In this document: positions 50,436 through 60,400 of the stretch, in pieces
Layout of the letters: each line of letters starts with the position of its first letter
Position numbering within the stretch: position 1 is the first letter of the stretch
Assembly (NCBI GenBank): GCA_964389655.1
Contig: CAYMED010000004.1
Location: forward strand, 34,593 to 98,592
Direction: 5' to 3'
DNA: 64,000 bases
Source of the DNA: an uncultured Candidatus Poseidoniales archaeon
GTDB lineage: Archaea > Thermoplasmatota > Poseidoniia > Poseidoniales > CAYMED01
Position numbers and translations under genes: made by a program
The notes under the pieces: generated by a model
The model's input: only the letters and a program-made list of their open reading frames with translations
The model's database searches: none
Told to the model about the DNA's origin: nothing

Positions 50436-52715
50436 TCAACCTCCTTCAAGCGCTTCCTCTGCGCAGATTGCAGCCATTCTTACAATTTCTCTAACATCAT
50501 CATTCCGTTGGAGGACATGAACTGGCTTAGCAAGCCCGGAAAGTATTGGTCCTGTCATATCTGCTCCCCCTAATTGTGCAAGCAACTTGTATGCTATATT
50601 CGCTGCAGAGAGGTTTGGACAGATCAATACATTTGCGGGTCCATTAAATGCCATATGCGGGTACTCTAGTTGAATTGTTTGATCAAGTGCAGTATCTGCT
50701 TGCATAGGTCCATCAATGATCAGATCAGGATCCATTTCGCGCACCATTTCAATTGATTTTTCAATTCGATCCGTGCGTAAATGCCTAGCAGATCCAAAGT
50801 TTGAGAATGACAGCATTGCAACAATAGGCTCAATCCCAAACCTTCGTGCAACGACCGATGTCTGAATTGCAATTTCAGCTAATTGCCGTTCATCGGGGTA
50901 TCGATTCACTGTTGCGTCCCCAATGAACATAACTCTGCCTTTTACAGTCATCAAGTAACTTCCTATCAGGCAATGTGCATCCGGGTCAACCCCAATTGTT
51001 TCAATACACGGCCTTAAGACTTCAGGATAATGTCTTGTGACTCCACCAAGAAAACCATCAACTTCTCCCGATGCCAGCATTTGAGCCCCAAAATAAATTC
51101 TTGATTTAAGTAACCTTTTTGCATCCGCCCAAGTAACCCCTTTTCGTGCTCGCCGCTCAGAAAGTGCAGTTGCATAGGCGCCGTGCCTTCTGTCATCTTT
51201 TCTAGGATTTATGATCGGGACGTCGAGGTCCAGCCCCATCTCACCGATTCTTTGCCTGATTGTTTTTTCTGGCCCGAGAAGTGTTGGGACACAAATTCCC
51301 TCGGAAACACATTCAGCAGCGGCCCGCAATATTGCTGGGTGATCTCCTTCTGGAAATACAATTTTGACCCCCTTTCCCGAAACGTCATGGACGACGTTCC
51401 TAATCAATGAATATGTCAATCCTAAGCGTGCTTCAAGTTCTTCACGATAGGCGCTAACATCAAATTCTTCCTTTGATATTTTCGCTACACCCTCTCCTAC
51501 GGCCGCTTCGGCAACTGCTGCCGCTTCCCAAATCAATACTCTTCGATCAAATGGCTTTGGAATAATATAATCCGGCCCAAATTTAAGGTGCTTACCCCCA
51601 TAAGCGCGAATGACCTCATCAGGAACGGCTTCTTTTGCTAATTTTGCGAGTGCCATTGTTGCGGCCATTTTCATGTTATCAGTGATGTCTCTTGCCCGCA
51701 CATCCAAGGCCCCTCGGAAAATATATGGGAAGCCCAGTACATTATTGACTTGATTTGGATAGTCAGTGCGCCCAGTTGCAATGATGGCATCATCACGCAC
51801 TTTCAATACGTCTTCAGGTAGGATTTCAGGATCTGGATTTGCCAACGCGAAAATGATGGGACGATCCGCCATTTTTTCAACCATCTCTGAAGTTACAAGA
51901 CCCCCTCGACTTAGCCCTAACAACATGTCTGCACCATTTAATGCATCAGCCAACGAGCCATTTTTTCGATCTACAATGAATTCTTGCTTGTATTCATTCA
52001 ATTCACCCGCTTCAAACCTCTTCTTTGTCAGTATTCCCTTTGAATCAACCATCGTAATATTTTCAGAATTAATTCCTAATGCAATGTAATGTTTTCCACA
52101 TGCAATTGCACTTGCCCCCGCACCAACGATTACGACCTTCATATCCCCCAATATTTTGTTTTGTAGTTCTGCCGCATTAAGGAGGGCAGCACCGGAAATA
52201 ATCGCTGTCCCATGCTGGTCATCGTGCATTACGGGAATGTCTGTTTTTTCCGCAATCCTTCTCTCGATCTCAAAGCATTCAGGCGCCTTTACATCTTCTA
52301 GGTTAATACCGCCAAATGTTGGAGCTATATTTACTACGGTTTGTACGAATAAATCGGGGTCAGTAGCATCAATTTCGATATCAAATACATCAATGTCTGC
52401 AAATGTTTTGAACAACAAACCCTTTCCTTCCATGACTGGCTTTCCGGCAAGCGCGCCAATATCGCCTAGACCCAATACAGCAGTGCCATTTGAGATCACT
52501 GCCACAAGATTTCCCTTTGAAGTGTATTTGTAGACATCCTCCTTATTTTTCTCTATTTCGAGACATGGAAACGCGACCCCTGGTGAATATGCTAAAGTTA
52601 AATCTCTTTGAGATGTATGGGGCTTTGAAGGTTGAACGGAGACTTTCCCCGGAGGGTGTCGTGCATGGTAATGAAGTGCACTTTTTTTCAGTTCGCGCCG
52701 CTCTTTAGCACCCAT
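50436..52715 (-). CDS. maeB: NADP-dependent malic enzyme with C-terminal phosphotransacetylase-like domain (MaeB)
   Basis: LAYSPGVA, GKPVMEGK, NLED, HDDQHGTA, TGRTDYPNQVNN; PTA domain VFPEG, LSFSNFGS, DGPMQAD; GGAGG RBS upstream of ATG 52715. Confidence 0.95.
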   Translation of the reverse strand: MGAKERRELKKSALHYHARHPPGKVSVQPSKPHTSQRDLTLAYSPGVAFPCLEIEKNKEDVYKYTSKGNLVAVISNGTAVLGLGDIGALAGKPVMEGKGLLFKTFADIDVFDIEIDATDPDLFVQTVVNIAPTFGGINLEDVKAPECFEIERRIAEKTDIPVMHDDQHGTAIISGAALLNAAELQNKILGDMKVVIVGAGASAIACGKHYIALGINSENITMVDSKGILTKKRFEAGELNEYKQEFIVDRKNGSLADALNGADMLLGLSRGGLVTSEMVEKMADRPIIFALANPDPEILPEDVLKVRDDAIIATGRTDYPNQVNNVLGFPYIFRGALDVRARDITDNMKMAATMALAKLAKEAVPDEVIRAYGGKHLKFGPDYIIPKPFDRRVLIWEAAAVAEAAVGEGVAKISKEEFDVSAYREELEARLGLTYSLIRNVVHDVSGKGVKIVFPEGDHPAILRAAAECVSEGICVPTLLGPEKTIRQRIGEMGLDLDVPIINPRKDDRRHGAYATALSERRARKGVTWADAKRLLKSRIYFGAQMLASGEVDGFLGGVTRHYPEVLRPCIETIGVDPDAHCLIGSYLMTVKGRVMFIGDATVNRYPDERQLAEIAIQTSVVARRFGIEPIVAMLSFSNFGSARHLRTDRIEKSIEMVREMDPDLIIDGPMQADTALDQTIQLEYPHMAFNGPANVLICPNLSAANIAYKLLAQLGGADMTGPILSGLAKPVHVLQRNDDVREIVRMAAICAEEALEGG

Positions 52716-52803
52716 ATTGGCCTCCTGCCACAGTCTTACTCCATATCCATTCCCCTTAATTTTCATCCGTCGCATTCAATGTGTAGTACTTCCTCGGATA
52801 GAC

Positions 52804-54315
52804 ATGCGCCGAACGCGGATAGTGGGGACAATTGGTCCTGCAAGTGATGATGAAGCCAGCATCCGGGCCTTGCTGAGGGCGGGGCTTAATGTGGCTCGAT
52901 TGAATTATAGTCATGGTTCTTTAGAAGATAAATCAAGTTTAATCCGCCGCCTGCGAAAGATAAGTGACGAGGAAGGAATTCCATTGGGCTTGCTCGCCGA
53001 CCTGCCTGGTCCAAAACTACGTCTAGGCCGTTTTGAAGAAACTCTCGACCTTCGATCAGGCGATCGCTTAATTTTCCATTGTGGGCGGGAAAATGGGAGG
53101 GATGTAACTCCAGATATGCGATCCTCGGCAGAATTACTCGGTGATTCGAGTCCTGTGGAGCGTGAATTCACCACGCACCACACGCCAGTCCCATATGCGG
53201 GCCTTTCATCAGATCTTCAAACCGATGATCCAGTATTGCTTGCAGATGGGATTGTTCGCCTTATTGTTGAGGTTCCCGCAAATGGGCCAGGAAAAACAGT
53301 TGTATTACGCGTTGTAGATGGCGGCAAGATCACTGAACGAAAAGGCATCAACGTTCCAGGTACTGTTGTGCGATTACCATCCATTGGGGAAAAGGACAAG
53401 CTTGCACTTGAACACGCTCTATCACATGAGATTGATTTCATTGCTGTATCTTATGTTAGGACCCCTGAGGACCTCTATCCCGCAAAAGATGCGGTGAAAG
53501 CAGCGGGTCGCCATACCCCTGTGATTGCTAAAATAGAACACCCAAGCGCCCTCAAACAACTTGATGAAATTCTCGACCAGATTGATGGTGTGATGGTGGC
53601 ACGGGGGGATCTCGGTGTTGAAGTACCTCTTGAAGAACTTCCATTTGCGCAAGAACGTATTCTTAATGGCGCAATGGCTAGAGGAATTCCAGCTATTGTG
53701 GCCACCCAAGTCCTTGAATCAATGATTGAGAATCCAGTTCCAACTAGGGCGGAAGTGATGGATATTGCAAATGGGATCCGCCAGGGGGCTTCAGCCCTCA
53801 TGCTTTCAGGCGAAACTGCAGTTGGAGCCCACCCAATTACGACGGTAGAAACCATGTCTAGAATTGCCTCTAAGGTAGACCTGCAAATTGCAGGGGTAAA
53901 AACCCCGATTTCCTCTACCAAATATCTCTCTACCCGGGCATTGGCCCATGCTGCAGTCGTTCTTGCGGATGAAGTTGAAGCAGATCATCTTCTCGTATGC
54001 ACAGAACACTGTACAGCAGCCCGCCTAGCATCAGGTTATCGTCCACCTTTTACTGTCATTGCCATTACAGACCGTGAACGGGCAGTTCGCCGTTCAACTC
54101 TTCTTCGAGGTGTTGATTCGGTCTTGGTCGAAGAAGCGCCAAGGAGTCGAGACACGATTCAGAATGCTCTTTCTCTTCTCTTTACCAGTGGTCGCATTAA
54201 ATCAGGCGATCTCGTAGTTACAACTTCTGGCTCGCCTCTCGCAATTTCTGGGTCAACAAGCACCATCCGACTTCTTCGGATAGGTGATGAGGGTAAGATC
54301 TCTAATTCTTATTAA
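52804..54315 (+). CDS. pyk: Pyruvate kinase
   Basis: RRTRIVGTIGPAS, ARLNYSHG, DLPGPKLR, IAKIE, MVARGDLGVE, ATQVLESM, PTRAEV, MLSGETA. Confidence 0.97.
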   Translation: MRRTRIVGTIGPASDDEASIRALLRAGLNVARLNYSHGSLEDKSSLIRRLRKISDEEGIPLGLLADLPGPKLRLGRFEETLDLRSGDRLIFHCGRENGRDVTPDMRSSAELLGDSSPVEREFTTHHTPVPYAGLSSDLQTDDPVLLADGIVRLIVEVPANGPGKTVVLRVVDGGKITERKGINVPGTVVRLPSIGEKDKLALEHALSHEIDFIAVSYVRTPEDLYPAKDAVKAAGRHTPVIAKIEHPSALKQLDEILDQIDGVMVARGDLGVEVPLEELPFAQERILNGAMARGIPAIVATQVLESMIENPVPTRAEVMDIANGIRQGASALMLSGETAVGAHPITTVETMSRIASKVDLQIAGVKTPISSTKYLSTRALAHAAVVLADEVEADHLLVCTEHCTAARLASGYRPPFTVIAITDRERAVRRSTLLRGVDSVLVEEAPRSRDTIQNALSLLFTSGRIKSGDLVVTTSGSPLAISGSTSTIRLLRIGDEGKISNSY

Positions 54316-54404
54316 AAAACACCATTTATTTCTTGGTATATGAGTGATCATCTTTGTCCATGTGACGCGCCGATTGATAAGGGAGTCAGAATTGTACCCC
54401 TTTC

Positions 54405-57400
54405 ATGTCCTCAGATGGTGCTGCGCCCCTAACTCGTATAGGCCCAGTAATTTGTATGCTGATGTTGACTTCCCTTCTCCTTCCAATAGTACCTGTTGCA
54501 GCAGCGCACCAAGGGGGGCATGCATGGTCAGTTGCTTGGCCCAAAGAAGGGTCTAATGACACTGGTTGGATGAGGATAAATGCAACAGGTGCAGATTTCG
54601 TCAATGGAGTTCCTGCTGAGGGGGGTTTTACGATTCCCTTCGCCCCCAGCGCATTGATTTCAAACCTGACATTCGAAGTTAGGGTTGATGGTCAAACAGG
54701 CGTTTGGATTGACTCTCCTGTTTTGGAAGCAGGTTCGGGAAGGGAGATTGTGCTAGATGCGAGCGCACTTGGTGGATTTGGGCATACAACTGAATTTATT
54801 GATGGAAAATCTCATTCTGGGCGCATTAATCAAGGCGCAGATGTAACAACTGGGTGGGATATTCCAGATGGTGCAAATATTACGCATCTGTCTGTAGAAA
54901 CACTTCGTCCATTAGACCCAATCGTTTCCTTTTCACAAGAAAACTTCTCTATCTTGGCAACAGCCCTACACCCTCATGACGGACGCCTCTTTCTTTCAGT
55001 TAGCAATTTTGGCCTTATTTCTCTTGATCGAAACATCAACCCTTCTGTTGTTGACGTGGCTGATTCTTCAGATCCGCCAACATCTCTTCTAGTTGATTCA
55101 TCTCGAAGCCGCCTTCTTGGTCTGGCAGAGAACCATTCTCTTCTTTCATGGGATTTAGATAGTGGGATTTCTCAACCAATGAGCGTGCCTGCAGCAAACG
55201 GTGTTGATTATCTCCATCAAAGTGCTAATGGCCAAATTTTTGGTTTGGGCGATGGCATTGCTTGTAAACTGTTAATTTCTCAATCAGGCGATAATTGGGA
55301 TTGTTCTACTGCTAATTGGGCCCCAACCTCCCCGGTACAAGATACATTAGAACACGGAAATATCCTTTATATCGCAACATCGGGTGATGGAGTTCTTAGG
55401 ATTAACCTCAATACTGGCTTATCCCAATCACCTTGGACAGCACAAGGCTTTCTTCCCGACAATCATGTGAATGAACTTCACCTAATGGGTGATCAACTGT
55501 TGATGGCAACAGAAGGTGGCGGGGTGGGCCGCTATGACCTAAATTTAGCCCAGTGGTTGCAAAAGTGGGATACGAATAATGGGCTTTCTTCCAACTTTGT
55601 GCGTGATTTGTCCGATGTTCCAGGATCTGTTCTTGTTTTGACAGATACTTCATTACACCCATATGATACCACATTGGGCTCATTTAATCCGGGCCTGTTA
55701 TTGAATACAGCAGGCCTTTCCCGTGGCTCTGACAGTTTAATTGAATGGCCAGCTATAGGATCTCGAGCACCAGCAAATGACGCCATTCTTGCCACAGATG
55801 GAAGCGGGCGCCTCGTTGAGTTTCTTTCATCATCCCCCACTCAAGTTCACGCCACCCTTCTATTGGGTACTTCTCCAACAGGTGAAGTAATGGGGCCCAT
55901 TGCCGAGAGTGGAAATCTCATATTCACTGCAAGTGGGCAGACGTTGGACCGTTTCGACCAATCTATCCAAAGATGGTTGCCATCAGTAGATGTTGGTTCA
56001 CCAATCACCGATATTGCCATCATGCCAGCAACTTCTGGATCTGCTGCATTACCGCCCCGCGTCTATCTTGGGACTGAAAATGGTCTTAGACAAATTGATG
56101 CAACTTCCGCCCCCTCTCCTCCTATTGTCACGTTTACCACATCAGATGGTCTTCTCGACAACATGGTTGACCACATTGTCACAGACCCGATATCGGGGCA
56201 CGTTGCAATTGCCCACATAAATGAAGGCCTGTCCGTATTTTCATCGTACAATTCAGTTGTTGTTCGAACTCATACTATGAACCCAAGAACATCTCCCCAA
56301 ACCCCTAATTTTGATGATTTGTCTTCAGATGAAATTACTGATTTAGCAATCCACGATGGGGTTGTTCACATTGGAACGCTCGATGACGGAGTATTGCGAA
56401 TGGTGGTTGGGAATGGAACCTGGAAATCACCTTGGGGTTCTCTCGGCGTTGATAAATCTGACATAATGCCTACATCTAGCGATGGAACGGTTCTCTATAC
56501 TGGGATTTTCAACTATGGGGTTCTTCGCTATGACTTGGCAGCTTCTGAGTTTCTTTCCCCTTGGGAATTTTCAGGCGGGGGCGGAAATGTTCCAGGGGGC
56601 GGATCAAATTCCCCAGATCAGCAAGTTTCTTCCATTGACGCTTTGTCTTCGGGGACGATTGTTGTTGGTACATATTCGGCTATTTGGGTTACAACAAATG
56701 CCGGACAGTCATGGTCCCGGTTTAATGGAATAGGGAGAAACGGCCTAGCCACATTTGATTTAGACCATGATTCAAATTATATCTACGCTGGAACAAATAA
56801 TGGCGTTTGCCGATTTGACCGAAGTACATCTCCTCCTACTTTGGATGAGTGCTGGGATCAAGGAGATGGGCTAGCTAGTGATTACGCATATTCGGTGCGT
56901 GTACAGGGATCAAAACTTCTTGTGGGCCTTGAAGGCGGCGCTGCTGTACTCGACATAGCATCAGGGACCATTCTTCAAACATGGGAAAAAGAAGGTGGGG
57001 CAAGCAATGCCATCGCCGTTGAAGTTAATGGCGTTGTCTATCTCGCCTTGCGATATGAGGGGATTGAGAGGTATGACCTTGCAACATCTTCGTGGCTTTC
57101 GGGGTGGTCCTCCCAAAACACGCCGGGAATTGCCAGTGATGATATTCAGGCCATGATTGTTTCAGATACTCCAAATCACATTTGGATCGGTGGATCGTTT
57201 GGTGTGATCCAATTGAACCTTGCTAATGCAAGTCAAACGTATTATTGGAAGGCAGGATCTCAGAACCCCACTGTTCGTTCAAATGCAGTATCCCACCTTG
57301 TTGAGCATTCTGGTGTCTTGCACCTTGCTTATTCGCAGGACGATATAATTGATAGAATAATAATCTCAAATGCAACCTCACTTGCAGGACTTGACACAGG

Positions 57401-60400
57401 ATCTTTACTTGGTCAACAGTGGATGGTAACTAGACACATGGGCCAAGCGGGCGATGATTTGATCATTGGCGCTCAAGAATGGTGGACGGGCGGCTTGGAG
57501 GGTGGTGGTATTGTTCGTTACAACATGGTAACTCGCCAAGTTACTGAAGCGATTCTTGGTTCAGGAAGCATTGACAATGTGATGATCGAAGAACTATCAG
57601 GTGGGGATGTGCTGATCGCTTACGCAGGCCACGGCTATCGCCGAGTTTCGTCAAGTGGCTCAATCATTTCAGAATGGGGCGAAAGTCAAAACCGCTCCAT
57701 CGATGTGTCTGATATTGCAGTTGTCGGTAATGTGGCATATGTCTCGACTTCAGTCGGTGTAATGCGGTATGATTCTGTGAATGATACTTGGTTATCACCT
57801 TGGGATTCTTCAAATGGCGGATTACCGAGTTCAGTATCTGATAACATTTTGTCGATTGAGGAAATTAACGGAGATTTGTGGATTGGGACCCCCCGTGAGG
57901 GGTGGTGGCAACCAGAATATATTTCTCAACTTGATTTTAGTGCGGGGAGTTGGAATACTTGGCGCCCAGGGCAAAACAACCTCCCTTCAGGAGACCCTGT
58001 TGATTTCGTGGAGTGTGGCGGGCTAGTCAATGTGGCACTCCAATCAAATCGCGGATTCGGAGGTGGTGGCCAACAAGGACAAGGCGGTGGAATTGGATTC
58101 ATCGACGCAGCAACCCAATCAGTATCTGGACAACTTAATCCGAGTTCAACATCTCAGCGTTATCCTTCGTCTTTAGCCTGTGACGACCAAAATGTGCTTT
58201 ACATTGGGTATTCATCTCAAGGCACAAGCTCCCCGGGCCAAGGACTTCGCCGCTATGATCACGGGAATTCGACAGCCTTGCCCGCACTGAAAGAAGGAGA
58301 GGGCGTTTCTTCCGATGCAGTCTCTTATCGCTCAATGACGTGGGATAATGGGTGGTTAATCGCAGGACATTCTCTTGTGGGTGCAAAAGGTGGAATTTCG
58401 GCAATCAAGGTTCGTGGATCATCGGGAATGGGTTCGAATGGGTCGTATACAGAATTGGGAATCGCAGTGACTGACCCAGGCCATATGGGGAACACGTGGT
58501 GGGTTGGTCGGCCGGGTGGGTTGGCTGGATTGAGTTCAGTGGAATCCTGGGCGGGAAAATATTTGACCGCAGTTGTAGATCAATATCTCTATCTCCCAAC
58601 AGGATACATTACCGGTGTGTCGGGAAATTCAACTCATATTTACATTCTGAGTGGCTGGGTAGGATCTCAACAAGGAGTTATCGAAGGGATCTATCAATCA
58701 GGCGGCGGAATCAGTTGGAAGCGCGGGTGGAACCCAGGTACACTTTCTGATCCTGATGATATATTCCTCCACGATGGTACACTTTTTGTATCTACAGAAG
58801 GTGATGGGCTTTGGTCCATTAACCTCACGAAAGGAACAAACTCGGCTATCCCCGGCACCCTTCACAAGGAAGGGGGTTCTCTTTCTCTTGCAGGTGACCA
58901 CCTTGTGTTGGGCTTGCGTGGGTCACCTTCCACAAATGCTGGCGTTCAAGTTTGGAATACAACTACGAATAATTGGGTTGGTGGTGACATCTTACCAGGT
59001 TTGCCAGGATCGATGGTCTTTGATATGGCGATCGACAATGGGCTGGTATTGTTTGCAACAAATGGCGGAATTGGTGTTTGGAATGATACAACAAGTGAAT
59101 GGCAATCCGCATTAACAGTTGGTTCAGGCTTGATTTCAAATGTGGTCTATGGGCTTGACTTTGTCGGAACTGACCTTTGGGTTTCTTCAGATGTTGGCTT
59201 GATGAGACTTTCATTCCCTGGTTTTGGAGTTCTTTCAACCCATGGCGTTTCTAGCGGCCTGTTAGAAAATAGAATGGTGTTTACTCACAAATTAATTGAC
59301 CCATCAGGAACCACCATTCTTGCCATTTCCCACCCGGGCGTTTCGGGACGGCCGGGCGTCTCTCTCTTTAATCCCTCAACGCGTTTAGTCGTTGATACTG
59401 TACAACCGGACCCACTTCCCAGCAACACGATTGTCGCCCTTTCAGGAGATTCTTGGGGTGTACACATCGCATGTGACTCCGCACCTCTCGTGCATTGGAG
59501 TTCAACTAATGGGGCCTTTGAATTTGGGGCCACCCCATTCACTTTAGGGGGTTGGCCAATCATAGGACTTGCATCAGATGGGATCTACTTGGGTGTGCTC
59601 CTTCCAACAGATACAGTCATCATTTCAGTTGTCAACCCACAGCATAATGTGATTGGGAAAACAGGCATTTCCTCACGGGGTGGCGTGTTTAGTGGGCGTA
59701 CTGTAATGACTACCTCCGATGATGGCCTACATCGCTTTTCAATCACGCCTTCTGTGGTTGAACTTCCGCGTATTGTTGCCCGCCGAGCCACTCCCCTAAG
59801 CGCCATGGCATTTGGACAGAGGGTTGATGTTACTCTACAATCGCATATTGGCATGTCAAGTGAGGTGATTAATCCGTCTTTCCCGATTAATAGCATGTCA
59901 AATAGTTCCAGATTGATTGATGCTGGCGGAATTAGTTATGAAACGATCCCATTTGCTTTAACGAGTCCAATTGACGGATCGGCGACTTGGGCACGCACAG
60001 TTTCCCTGAATTATTCAGGAACCTGGGACCTCGCAGCACTTGACCCCACTCTTGAAGGACGATTGCAATATCAGATTGATACCGCTCCTCTTGTAGGATC
60101 AAGAATGCTTAACTTTGAGCTTTCTAGCCCTTTGAATGGAAGTATTGAGGTGCGTGCCACTTTTGATTGGATTCGAACCGAACCACCTGCGATAATCCTC
60201 CGTGCTTGGGACAGGCCAGCAGATGGCGGTGGTGCGGTTGAAGCAGAATGGGCCCTTAGCAGTGAAGCCGCAGAATTTGGTTCCTATAATCTCTATCTGG
60301 AGCAAGGCCCGGTGGCGGAATTCTTCAACCTTGATGACCGCACTCCTGATTTCACATTATCTAAGTGGGATCATAATTCAACACTCATGGGCACTTCCCC

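Noticed and set aside
52717-52803. Overlap of the maeB and pyk 5' ends as given in the ORF track
   Set aside because: Better starts (ATG 52715 with GGAGG for maeB; ATG 52804 matching the conserved MRRT start of Pyk) remove the overlap
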